Under the pieces are notes generated by a model. The model was not told the DNA's origin and made no database searches. It saw only the letters and a list, made by a program, of their open reading frames with translations. Below are positions 20,739 through 29,978 of a DNA stretch of 64,000 bases, piece by piece (the first letter of the stretch is position 1; each line of letters opens with the position of its first letter). The stretch lies in the NCBI GenBank assembly GCA_965199755.1, contig CBDASZ010000002.1, positions 320,001 to 384,000 of the forward strand, in the 5' to 3' direction. The DNA is from an uncultured candidatus Porisulfidus sp. Its GTDB lineage: Bacteria; Pseudomonadota; Gammaproteobacteria; Poriferisulfidales; Poriferisulfidaceae. The translations under genes were made by a program, and so were the position numbers.

Positions 20739-21983
20739 ATGAGCCGCGATCTTGCCCTTCTGAGTTATCGCATCCTCGCTCTCGCCGCGGCGCTGCCGGC
20801 GGCTGCCTACACGTTTATGCGCGCCCGCCGCGACGGCGGCTGGCGGTATCTGCGCCAGCGCTATGCCCGTGGTCTGCCAGAAACACTGCACGATCACATC
20901 GGCATTCACTGCTGCTCGGTCGGCGAAGTCAACGCCGCCGCACCGCTGGCGCTGGAATTGCGCACACTTGGGCATGCGGTCTTTTTGAGCGTCACCACCC
21001 CAACCGGATATCAGGTCGCGCAACGTCTGCTGCCTGATATTCCGTGCGTTTATTTCCCGCTCGATCACATCACCACCGTGCAGGCTTGGCTGCGCCGTCT
21101 GCAACCAAAGGCATTGCTGATCATGGAAACCGAACTGTGGCCCAACTTCTTCGACGCAGCGCACCATCAGGAAATCCCGCTGGCTCTAATCAATGCCCGA
21201 CTCACCGAACGCAGCAGCCGCGCGCCTTTCCCTCTCCGGTGGGCCTTGCGACATACGCTGAAACAACCGCACTGCATCCTCACACGTAGCGACGAAGATC
21301 GCGAAAAATTTCTGGTGCAAGGCGCACCTGCGGATCACGTGGAATGTCTCGGCAACATCAAATACGCCACGCGCGTCCAACCCGTCGACTCCACACGCCC
21401 GATCTCAAAACCCTACGTGCTGTCAGCCTCCACACACGAGGACGAAGAGGAACAACTGGCCCGGTTATGGCAGACGCTGGACGCTCAGGGGCATCTGCTG
21501 GTGGTGCTGCCGCGCCACCCGGAGCGCAGCAGTGACATCCTGACGCGACTGCAGTCTCTCGGACTGAATGTCTCACAGCACACCGAAGCGTGCAACCCGC
21601 GCCCGGAAGATCAGATCTATGTGGTCGACACTTTGGGAGAGGCTCACTGGTGGATGCAACACGCCGCGTTTGTGTTCCTCGGCGGCTCACTAATCCCGCG
21701 TGGCGGTCACAATGTGCTGGAGCCTGCCTCGCTCGGCAAAGCCTGCGTCATTGGCCCACATATTGAAAACTTCGCCGAGGAAGCCCGCGGTCTGCTCGCG
21801 GCCGAAGGTCTAACCCAGGTCGAAGACGCTGGGGCACTCGGTACGGTGTTTCGCACGTGGCTGCAACAACCGGACGAGGCCGGGCGTGTCGGCGCTGCCG
21901 CGGCCGCACATATCGCGACGCATCAGCACATCGTGCAGCACTATGTCAATGCCTTGCGGCACTACGGCGTATTGCCGGAATAA
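20739..21983 (+). CDS. waaA: 3-deoxy-D-manno-octulosonic acid (Kdo) transferase
   Basis: IHCCSVGE, ETELWPN, ASTH..EE, PRHPER, DTLGE, GGHNVLEPA. Confidence 0.94.
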   Translation: MSRDLALLSYRILALAAALPAAAYTFMRARRDGGWRYLRQRYARGLPETLHDHIGIHCCSVGEVNAAAPLALELRTLGHAVFLSVTTPTGYQVAQRLLPDIPCVYFPLDHITTVQAWLRRLQPKALLIMETELWPNFFDAAHHQEIPLALINARLTERSSRAPFPLRWALRHTLKQPHCILTRSDEDREKFLVQGAPADHVECLGNIKYATRVQPVDSTRPISKPYVLSASTHEDEEEQLARLWQTLDAQGHLLVVLPRHPERSSDILTRLQSLGLNVSQHTEACNPRPEDQIYVVDTLGEAHWWMQHAAFVFLGGSLIPRGGHNVLEPASLGKACVIGPHIENFAEEARGLLAAEGLTQVEDAGALGTVFRTWLQQPDEAGRVGAAAAAHIATHQHIVQHYVNALRHYGVLPE

Positions 21984-22681
21984 CCCTCGCACAGCGCTGC
22001 GAAATCAGCGTCAGCGTAGTGAAAGTTTGGCTGGCGCTGCTGTTCCTTTAGACACGAACGGCGCAACCGCGACAGGTTGGCGCGCTTCCAGAAATTGCCG
22101 CGACGACGACAGCTGCGATCAAAATCAATCACATGAAACCCATCCGACTCGCGCCACAGAATATTGCCCAGATTGAGATCAGCATGCCAGACGCGCAGAT
22201 CGTGCATTCGCCGCAACACCCCCCCTAACCGTCGCCAGTCTTCTGCGGACAACGCCCGCTGGGTGAGAAGCTGCACCAGTGAGACCGCTTTAACGATGCG
22301 CGTACTGATCAGATCGGCACGATACATGCCGCCTGCACGCTGTATCCGCCAAGCCACCGGTGTGGCGGTGGGAAAACCCTGCTCAAGCAGGAATTGCAGA
22401 ATCGCCGCTTCGCGCACCGGGCGAGTGCGTGCCGCCCCACTGTACAGATAGCGATCCTCCCATAACAGCGCTATCTTGCCACCGCGACGGTAATGCCGCA
22501 AGGCGTAACCTTCCCCTTCATAGTGGAACAACCACACCGTGCCCCGACCGCTACCGAAACTGTCAAGCATCCCCTGCACACTCAACTGGTGCGGGTCAAA
22601 CAGATCTTCCGGGACCTGCCCGAATCGCGCGGCGTCGTACACAATGACGCCGCCGTCGGTGATGGTCTGTTGCTGTTGCAT
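21962..22681 (-). CDS. kdkA: Kdo kinase
   Basis: GRGTVW, LRHYRRGG, YRADLI, WHADLN..NIL, IDFDR, NLSRLRRS. Confidence 0.93.
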   Translation of the reverse strand: MQQQQTITDGGVIVYDAARFGQVPEDLFDPHQLSVQGMLDSFGSGRGTVWLFHYEGEGYALRHYRRGGKIALLWEDRYLYSGAARTRPVREAAILQFLLEQGFPTATPVAWRIQRAGGMYRADLISTRIVKAVSLVQLLTQRALSAEDWRRLGGVLRRMHDLRVWHADLNLGNILWRESDGFHVIDFDRSCRRRGNFWKRANLSRLRRSCLKEQQRQPNFHYADADFAALCEGYSGNTP

Positions 22682-22797
22682 GGAAATGTATTATGACGGG
22701 ATAAGGTTATTTTCATACGGGATGCCAGACTGCCGAAGGCCGCCACGAGCCGTGCTTTGGATGGCTACCTGTATAATCCGAGACGCTCTGACCAGCA

Positions 22798-23235
22798 TTG
22801 ACAGCGGAGCCGAAATTGCGCCACTTGACTATAAGCATTGACCCTGTGGAAGCGACAGGGATCGCCGATGCCATTGGTGTATTGAATGGCCGATTTCCTG
22901 CGGACGATTTGCATGTCGCCGTCAATAAAAAGTCACTCAAAATCTCCTTGCGGCAAGTCGACCTCAACGAGCTCAAAGCCACGATAGATCGGATTGCACA
23001 TGAACATGGGCACGCAAAAAACCACGCCTACACCAAGCAAACCAACCCCATGCCTGATGAGTTTCTGAACATCCTGTGCGGGGACAGCGAGCAGGTTCTG
23101 GCGAAGTTGTCGGACAACTGCGGCAATCTGGTGTTCACCTCGCCCCCGTACGATTTTGGCCTAGACTACGACAATCAGGACACCGATGAGGATGCCACGG
23201 ATTGGGACGCTTATTTTGAGGACTTATATACTTAA
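22798..23235 (+). pseudogene. N-terminal fragment of a beta-class N4C/N6A DNA methyltransferase, truncated at the IS1595 left end
   Basis: ILCGDS..VL..L.DN...LVFTSPPY; ORF stops about 15 nt into the IS-like end; no FxGxG motif follows. Confidence 0.8.
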
Positions 23236-23268
23236 ATCCGCATACTACCACTTACGTAGGCTAGTACT

Positions 23269-24187
23269 ATGGAGAGAAAAGCAACTACCATCAGCATTAT
23301 GGAACTGATGCAAATGTTCTCTACCGAGCGCAAGGCAGTTGAATGGCTGGAAAAGATTCGGTGGGACGGAACGCCAACCTGCACCCATTGCGGATGTTGT
23401 GAAGGCATTAGCGAAACAAAATCCAAGAAATTCACTTACTGGTGCAAAACCTGTCGCAAGCACTTCACAGTCAAGACTGGAACGGTTATGCACAATTCCA
23501 ATATTAATTCGCGCAAGTGGGTCATTACTCTCTACTATGTGCTGACTGCTCTCAAAGGCATTTCTAGCCTGCAACTCTCAAAGGAACTAGGTATTACGCA
23601 GAAGTCAGCATGGTTTTTACTCCAACGGGTCAGAGAAGCCTGCAACAGTCGAGATTTCGTCCTCTCCGATGTAGTAGAAGTTGACGAGACTTATATTGGA
23701 GGCAAGGAACGCAATAAGCACGCTCACAAGAAACTCCGTGCAGGTAGGGGAGCCCTAGGTAAGCAGGCAGCTATGGGTCTGCGAGAACGCGGCGGATATG
23801 TCAAGGCGTATCCAGTTGTTACAACAGAGCGGGTAAGCGGTGGTCAATCATGTTGAACATGGCTCACAGGTTTATACAGATGACCATAAAGGCTACGCAC
23901 ATTTAGGTTGCCTTATGTATGACCACGAGAGCGTGAAGCATTCAGCAAAGGAGTATGTCAATGGCATAGCACACACTAACGGGATTGAGTCAGTCTGGGC
24001 TGTTCTGAAGAGAGGATTCAATGGGGTTTATCACAACTGGAGCAGGAAGCATTGCCATCGGTATGTGAATGAGTTTGCGTTCCGCTTGAATGAGGGGAAT
24101 TGTGCAAGAGATACGATTGACCACATGGAGTCTCTGGCCTTCAATATCGGAGGCAAGCGTCTCCGATACAAAGACCTTATTGCGTAG
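23269..24187 (+). pseudogene. IS1595-family (ISXO2-like) DDE transposase, frameshifted near 23830-23850
   Basis: Zn ribbon CxHC..CxxC, KGISSLQLSKELG.TQKSAWF, VEVDETYIGG in ORF 23269-23856; YTDD, HTNGIESVWA.LKR, RYVNEFAFR.N in ORF 23840-24187. Confidence 0.92.
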
Positions 24188-24195
24188 AGGCGGAT

Positions 24196-24642
24196 ATGGC
24201 TATTCCGAACTGGCGTAACAAGACGATCTACACTGGAGACAATTTATATGTCATGCGGGGCATGAACTCCGAGACTGTTGACCTCATTTATCTTGACCCT
24301 CCATTCAATTCAAACAAGGCATATTCAGCTCCTATTGGAAGCAAGGCGGCTGGAGCTGCATTTAAAGATACTTGGACTTTGCAGGATGTTGACTTGATAG
24401 AGCATTGCAGACTACGTAAGGAGTATGGGACTGGACTATACAAGATAATTGACACGGCCAGACATGTACACTCAAAAGGCATGTTTTCGTACCTGACAAT
24501 GATGGCATCTCGTCTTGTAGAGATGAAGCGAATATTGAAGCCTACAGGGAGCATTTACTTGCACTGCGACCCGACAGCAAGCCATTATCTGAAACTGCTA
24601 ATGGACGCTATCTTTGGTCAAAATATGATTAGAAATAGTCTT
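24196..24642 (+). CDS. N-terminal part of a beta-class adenine DNA methyltransferase (reads on into junk until 24708)
   Basis: IYTGDNL, VDLIYLDPPFNS, RILKPTGSIYLHCDPTASHYLKLLMDAIFG..IRN. Confidence 0.88.
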
Positions 24643-25620
24643 TTGCATGATAGCCACAAATTCTTCTTGGCTCTTTGCCCCCTTCTTTCTGTTGCAGTTT
24701 CCGCATAGCAACTGGAAATTATCCTTATGGTCTGTCCCTCCATATTTCTTCGGCGTAATGTGATCCATCTCAAAGTCCTCTAGCCTGTTAAATTGCGTCC
24801 CGCAACCATTGCACATCTGGTCCTGCAATGCAAACAAAGCGCCTTTATGAGCCTTCTTCTCAATGGGGGATAGTTCAGGCCCCATATCAGTTCGTAGAGG
24901 CTTATCTGTGCTTGAGATAATTTCCTTAAACAGACCCTGGTCTTCTCTAATCCGGTCTGTCAGAAGTTCCACCGCCTTCGGGCTAACATCAATGCCTACC
25001 CATTGCCTTTGTAACTTGTCTGCTATGACTAGAGCTGTAGCACATACGCAGAAGGGGTCAAACACGACATCCCGCCGGCTACTAGATGCTTTTATGATGC
25101 GTTCAAGCAAGGCTATGGGCTTTTGCGTTGGGTAGCCGGTATCTTCCTTCCCGGCTACGAAAGGGATGTCTATCCAGTTATCATCTATTTGTGTCCCTTT
25201 TGCGTAACTAGCATAGTGCTTTATTTGGGGGAATCCTGTCATGCACAGGAGCTCGTTGGCTTCCATCCAGTCCAGCCTTTCGTGCGCGTTATATTCATGA
25301 CAATCATGAGGGAGTGCAAGGTCGCTCGGCAAATTCTTTACGGATGCGGCCCAGATGCCTTCCTGAAGGGGGAAGTGCCCACGCCAATCCTGTCCGGAGA
25401 GGGTTTCTCGTTTTCCTGGAGCGTGCGCTGGAACGAGTTTATATTTGCCACGCCAATAACAGGCTCTTTTTTGAATTGTCGCATCTGTTTCTTCGGTAGT
25501 ATCTGCATATTCTGGGGATATTCCGCTTGCATAATGCAGGATTGTGTCAACAGATTCGAAGGGGGCAATTTGCGCAAGACTGAATTTGTGGCGATTAGTT
25601 CGCATGCACACAAGACTCAT
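24598..25620 (-). CDS. C-terminal part of the same methyltransferase plus an HNH endonuclease domain, in inverted orientation
   Basis: WIDI, GYPTQKPIALLERIIKASS, VVFDPFCVCAT, QWVGIDVS; then CNGC...DHITP...GGTD..DNFQLLCGNCNRKKG. Confidence 0.88.
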   Translation of the reverse strand: MSLVCMRTNRHKFSLAQIAPFESVDTILHYASGISPEYADTTEETDATIQKRACYWRGKYKLVPAHAPGKRETLSGQDWRGHFPLQEGIWAASVKNLPSDLALPHDCHEYNAHERLDWMEANELLCMTGFPQIKHYASYAKGTQIDDNWIDIPFVAGKEDTGYPTQKPIALLERIIKASSSRRDVVFDPFCVCATALVIADKLQRQWVGIDVSPKAVELLTDRIREDQGLFKEIISSTDKPLRTDMGPELSPIEKKAHKGALFALQDQMCNGCGTQFNRLEDFEMDHITPKKYGGTDHKDNFQLLCGNCNRKKGAKSQEEFVAIMQKTISNHILTKDSVH

Positions 25621-25628
25621 TTCTAATC
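24627..25628. repeat. Inverted repeat pair bounding the inverted gene segment
   Basis: GATTAGAAAT 24627-24636 vs ATTTCTAATC 25619-25628 (perfect 10 bp); adjoining AGTCTT 24637-24642 vs AAGACT 25612-25617; patchy identity continues about 200 bp inward. Confidence 0.85.
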
Positions 25629-25662
25629 GGACTATAGAGCAGTCATAATATACTGGCCTAAC

Positions 25663-25998
25663 TTGGAGGTATTTGGAATGACTACTTTGAGGGATTTAGA
25701 GGATGCGGTGCGTCAAGTGCTGTTACAACTCGAAAGCATGCTGGGTGGCGATTATTCACAGCCGCTTGCTGACATCAACTACGGCAGCAAAAGTAGCCAC
25801 ACACTGATATCTCACTTCCCGGAAATTGATCTCAACATCTTCACCATGCTCTCGGGAGACCGCAAGGTGCGCGTGCCTATTCACGAACCTGAATACTATA
25901 AAGAACTGAACCCGGCCGCCTTGACTCGATCATTCAAAAACTTGGAATGCTGCTGGAGCCTTTTGTCGAGAAACCCTCCGGGCAATCTCGATCACTGA
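25663..25998 (+). CDS. Hypothetical protein (likely start ATG 25678)
   Basis: GGAGGT before ATG 25678; no recognisable motif. Confidence 0.45.
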   Translation: MEVFGMTTLRDLEDAVRQVLLQLESMLGGDYSQPLADINYGSKSSHTLISHFPEIDLNIFTMLSGDRKVRVPIHEPEYYKELNPAALTRSFKNLECCWSLLSRNPPGNLDH

Positions 25999-26076
25999 AT
26001 TGATGCTCAGCGAACTTCAGAGCAACAAATTCTTCTCACAATAGAATACACATCACCTCACTCAGGACGAACACCC

Positions 26077-27990
26077 ATGACAGAACGAGCGCAACTGGAA
26101 GAACGGGAAAGCAACTGCGCCACGGTAGCGGATTTCGCGGCACTGATCACTGACGCCCTCGAAGATCCGGCAGATAAAGAATACGCTGAAGAACTTGCTG
26201 GCCGTGCCGAAGGATTGTGCGTGGAAGTCGAGGATACCGTCGCCTATGCCGGCATTTTGAAGGCGCTGGATAAAGACGCCAGCGACATCCGCAGCGCTTT
26301 GGAAGAAGCCGAAATGGATTGCCAATTCACCAAACAATTCGTGGCGCTGGCGCGCGGTTTCAGGGATTATTGCGGCGACGAAGACAGGATGCGCGAACTG
26401 ATGGATCAAGCGGAAGAGTTCTGCATGACTGATGAGGAGCAGATCGATCTCGGCGACGGCTTCCAGATCCTGCTCGGTGATTCCGCCCGCGCTGCTGAGT
26501 GCTACGAAAAGGGTCTGGCGGGCGTGCAAGATCGCGAAGCGCTGCTTGCACTGGCGGAGAAATTCGCCGGTCCGCTCGACAACCCGGAACTGGCACGCAC
26601 GGTATACGCCCGCGCCGAGGAGAAATCCACCTCCGGCAACGATCTGCGCAAACTGGCCCAGTCGATGCGCGAACATTTACGCGACGATGAAGCGGTCGGT
26701 GCGGTCTACCAGCGCGCCTCCGAGCGCCTGACGGCAGTCAATGACCTGATTAATCTGGCCGCGGACAGTCTGGAACTTGGACTGAAAGATCTGGCCGAGC
26801 AACTCTACCGCAAGGTGCTGGGCGAAGCCTCGGACTACGCCCAGGTCCTCAAACTGGTCGCGCCGCTGCAAGAGATGGGCGACGCGCAGGAACTAATCGG
26901 CACGGTTCTGGAGCGCGCCGGAGAACTGGCCGAGGACAGCACGCAGGTGCTGGACGTGGCTGTTTTGGCGCATGAAGCTGATCCGCAAGCACCGAGAGTG
27001 CGCCAGCTGCTGGCCCGCGCCGAAGAAATGGTCACCAGTCTGGGCGAACTCACCGCCGTCAGTGAACGTGTCGCGGCGCTGGCCGGAGACGATGCCGAAT
27101 GGAGGGGGCGACTGGACGAGAAAATGGAAAAGCGCCAAGCCAATCAGGCGCGCTACAACGCCTTTCAGGATCAGGAGCAAAAGGCCGACACGCCACTGCA
27201 ATTCATGCAACTGGCCACGCAGGTCATGGAAGAGCTGGAAGACGCCTTTTATGCGCGCAAACTGCTCGACACCGCGCGGCAGATGCTGGAATCCTCACCC
27301 GGCGACACCAATTTGCATTGTCTGCTGGCGCGTACCATGGATACCTTGCTGGAAGACGCCGACTCCTGTCATGCAATCCTGCAGCAGGCGGCCGATGCGG
27401 CCGAGAGTTTCTCCAGCCTGCGGCTGCTGGCGCAAGCCGCCTGCAACGAACTGCGCGATCAGGACGCCGGACAACAGCGCGCGCGGAGCTGGTATCAATC
27501 CTGGCAATCTCGCCTTGACGGCAGCGACGCTTACGCCAGCTTGCGTCTGGCGCGAGCGGTGTGGACGGACCTGAATGATGCCGAGTTCGCCCTGAAGGTC
27601 ACTGACAGCATCGCCGCGGATGCACGTGATGCCATGATCCTCGCACAGATGGGCTTGCTGGCGCAAGAGGCCGGCAATGCGACACGCGCGGAGGAACTGT
27701 TCCGCGAAGCGCTTCAGGATGCCGGCAGCGAAACCGCCATCAGCGTCATGCGGCTGCTGTGTGATGCGCGTGTGGATACCACACTGTTGCGGAGCTTGTA
27801 TGAAAGTGCCGCGCCTGAGGAAGCAGCGCAGCGCTTGCGCTGGACCGAGGGGATTTTGGAAGTCTTCGGCGATCGCGAATGGGGCGAACGCATGTATGCG
27901 GAGATGACGGATGCGGCCAGTGATCCGGCGCTCGCCGCGCGTCTGGCACTCAGCCGTGATTCACGTCTCGGCCGACTGCTGATCCGCTGA
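26077..27990 (+). CDS. Acidic alpha-solenoid protein with 34-aa TPR-like repeats
   Basis: Exact 34-residue period over at least the first five repeats; AGGA upstream; host-like codon usage. Confidence 0.8.
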   Translation: MTERAQLEERESNCATVADFAALITDALEDPADKEYAEELAGRAEGLCVEVEDTVAYAGILKALDKDASDIRSALEEAEMDCQFTKQFVALARGFRDYCGDEDRMRELMDQAEEFCMTDEEQIDLGDGFQILLGDSARAAECYEKGLAGVQDREALLALAEKFAGPLDNPELARTVYARAEEKSTSGNDLRKLAQSMREHLRDDEAVGAVYQRASERLTAVNDLINLAADSLELGLKDLAEQLYRKVLGEASDYAQVLKLVAPLQEMGDAQELIGTVLERAGELAEDSTQVLDVAVLAHEADPQAPRVRQLLARAEEMVTSLGELTAVSERVAALAGDDAEWRGRLDEKMEKRQANQARYNAFQDQEQKADTPLQFMQLATQVMEELEDAFYARKLLDTARQMLESSPGDTNLHCLLARTMDTLLEDADSCHAILQQAADAAESFSSLRLLAQAACNELRDQDAGQQRARSWYQSWQSRLDGSDAYASLRLARAVWTDLNDAEFALKVTDSIAADARDAMILAQMGLLAQEAGNATRAEELFREALQDAGSETAISVMRLLCDARVDTTLLRSLYESAAPEEAAQRLRWTEGILEVFGDREWGERMYAEMTDAASDPALAARLALSRDSRLGRLLIR

Positions 27991-29877
27991 TTCCGCAAGC
28001 AATTCGTTCATCCGGCTGACGAAGGCGGCCGGGTCCTCCAGCATCACCCCTTCGGTCAGGGAGGCCTGATCGAACAGCCACCGCGCCCATACCTCAAAGC
28101 GCGCTTCATCCTGCTGCATGCGCGCAAGCAAGGCATGCTCAAGATTGACCTCCAGCGTCACTTTCGCAGCCGGAACATCCTGACCCTGACGCCGCAAAAT
28201 GTCTTCCATAAACGGCGACAAACCCTGATCACTGCGCACCAGACAACTCGGAGAATCGGTCAACCGCGTCGACGGGCGCACCGTCTCCACGCTCTCGCCC
28301 AGCACCTCCTTGATGCGCGCGCACAGCGCGTCTTCTTCTGTCTGCGGCGCGTCGGCCTCCTCAGAATCCTCGCTCTTCTCCGCATCGTCGGCAGGCTTGG
28401 GCGCATCACCCGGCAGACGCAGTTCACCGCGGGCGATTGACTGAAACTCCGTGCCGTCATATTCGTGCGCCCAGTTCATCACCCATTCGTCCACCGGATC
28501 AACCAGTAGCAGCACTTCAATGCCGCGCTCGCGGAAGATCTCCAGATGCGGACTGCTGCTCGCGGTCGCCAGATTCTCGGCCGTTAGATAGTAGATCTGA
28601 TCCTGTCCCTCCACCATCCGGCTGCGGTACTCCTCCAGTGACACGCTTGGCGTTTGCGAATCGTGAGTCGAGCGAAAGCGCGACAATTTCAGGAGGCGCT
28701 CACGGTTACCGCCATCCTCCACCACACCTTCTTTCAGAACCGGGCCGAACATGTCCCAGAACTTCTCGTATTTCTCACCAGCCTCATCGGCCAGTTTCTC
28801 CAGCATGTCAAGCACCCGCCTGACCGCAGTGCTGCGAACCGTGTCCAGCAACCGGTTGTCCTGCAATAACTCACGCGAAACATTCAAGGGCAGATCATCA
28901 GAGTCAATAACCCCGCGCACAAAACGCAAATAGCGCGGCATCAAAGTCTCCGGGTCATCCAGAATGAAGACCCGCCGCACGTACAGCCGCACTCCATGGC
29001 TTGGATTCGGATCGGAGAGATCATACGGCACCGTGCCAGGCACATACAACAGCAGACTGTATTCGTGCCGGCCTTCCACCCGATGGTGCGTCCAGACCAG
29101 CGGATCGGAAGGATCGTGCGCCACGTGCTTGTAGAAGCCGATGTAGTCCTCGTCGCTGATCTCCTTCTTCGACCGCGTCCACAAGGCGCTGGCCTGGTTG
29201 ATCACCTCCCAGTCCTTCTCCGGCGCGCCCTCTTCACCCACCGAATGCAACCGAATCGGAAACGCTGTATGGTCTGAATACTGCTGTACCAGAGTGCGCA
29301 GCCGATGTTCGTCCAAAAACTCGGATTCCTCATCCTTTAGATGCAGCGTCACCGACACTCCGCGCGGCGCGTCCGCGACTGAAGAGAGTTCGTAACCGCT
29401 GGTGCCATCTGATTCCCAGCACGTGCCTTGCTTGCCGCCGGCTCGGCGCGCCGTCAGCGTCACTCGATCGGCGACGATAAAGGCCGAGTAAAAGCCCACC
29501 CCGAATTGTCCGATCTGATTCAGATCGGCCGCCTTCTTGTCGTTCAAGGATTCCAGAAAAGCACGGGTGCCGGAGCGCGCGATGGTGCCAATATTGTCGA
29601 CCACCTCCTTGCGGCTCATGCCAATGCCGTTATCGCGCAAGGTCAGCGTCCGCTCGCGGTCATTCACTTCCAGGTGGATGGCCAAGTCGCTGTCGCCCTC
29701 GTACAGTGTATCGTCCGTCAGCGCCTCAAACCGCAACCGATCCAGCGCATCGGATGCGTTGGAGATAAGTTCGCGCAGGAAGATTTCCTTGTTGGAATAC
29801 AAGGAGTGCGTCACCAGATGCAGTAACTGGCCGACCTCCGCCTCGAAGGTGTGGTGCTGGCTTTGGGGGGTGCTCAT
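27961..29877 (-). CDS. htpG: Chaperone HtpG (Hsp90)
   Basis: YSNKEIFLRELISNASDA, DNGIGM, IGQFGVGFYSAF, LPLNVSRE.LQ, RLTDSPSCLV. Confidence 0.98.
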   Translation of the reverse strand: MSTPQSQHHTFEAEVGQLLHLVTHSLYSNKEIFLRELISNASDALDRLRFEALTDDTLYEGDSDLAIHLEVNDRERTLTLRDNGIGMSRKEVVDNIGTIARSGTRAFLESLNDKKAADLNQIGQFGVGFYSAFIVADRVTLTARRAGGKQGTCWESDGTSGYELSSVADAPRGVSVTLHLKDEESEFLDEHRLRTLVQQYSDHTAFPIRLHSVGEEGAPEKDWEVINQASALWTRSKKEISDEDYIGFYKHVAHDPSDPLVWTHHRVEGRHEYSLLLYVPGTVPYDLSDPNPSHGVRLYVRRVFILDDPETLMPRYLRFVRGVIDSDDLPLNVSRELLQDNRLLDTVRSTAVRRVLDMLEKLADEAGEKYEKFWDMFGPVLKEGVVEDGGNRERLLKLSRFRSTHDSQTPSVSLEEYRSRMVEGQDQIYYLTAENLATASSSPHLEIFRERGIEVLLLVDPVDEWVMNWAHEYDGTEFQSIARGELRLPGDAPKPADDAEKSEDSEEADAPQTEEDALCARIKEVLGESVETVRPSTRLTDSPSCLVRSDQGLSPFMEDILRRQGQDVPAAKVTLEVNLEHALLARMQQDEARFEVWARWLFDQASLTEGVMLEDPAAFVSRMNELLAESADQQSAET

Positions 29878-29912
29878 GCCTGAAGTGCTCCGCTCAAGAT
29901 GTCTCTTTGTTT

Positions 29913-29939
29913 AATGAGGGAGAAAATCTGAATTTTCAA
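29913..29939 (-). promoter_or_regulatory. Putative sigma32 promoter of htpG
   Basis: Minus strand TTGAAA-N13-CCCTCATT, matching the RpoH consensus TTGAAA...CCCCATNT upstream of a heat-shock gene. Confidence 0.65.
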
Positions 29940-29978
29940 CACCCCCTATAATGGAAAGACCAAGATTTATGACACGGT

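Larger units (their letters stand above)
23220..25648 (+). mobile_element. IS1595-family element with passenger methyltransferase-HNH gene; right boundary uncertain
   Basis: AT-richer block; candidate left end GGACTTATATACTTAAATCC at 23220; transposase followed 8 nt later by the cargo gene; no convincing right IR seen. Confidence 0.6.

Noticed and set aside
20739-22681. waaA plus kdkA as a novel LPS system
   Set aside because: Known arrangement giving mono-Kdo-phosphate lipid A, as in Haemophilus and Vibrio
24627-25628. Diversity-generating retroelement TR/VR pair
   Set aside because: The similar blocks are inverted and full of indels, differences are not adenine-specific, and no reverse transcriptase is in the window
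25635-25700. Right terminal inverted repeat and target duplication of the IS1595 element
   Set aside because: GTCATAATATACTGGCC and GGGATTTAG match the left end only weakly; no convincing duplication
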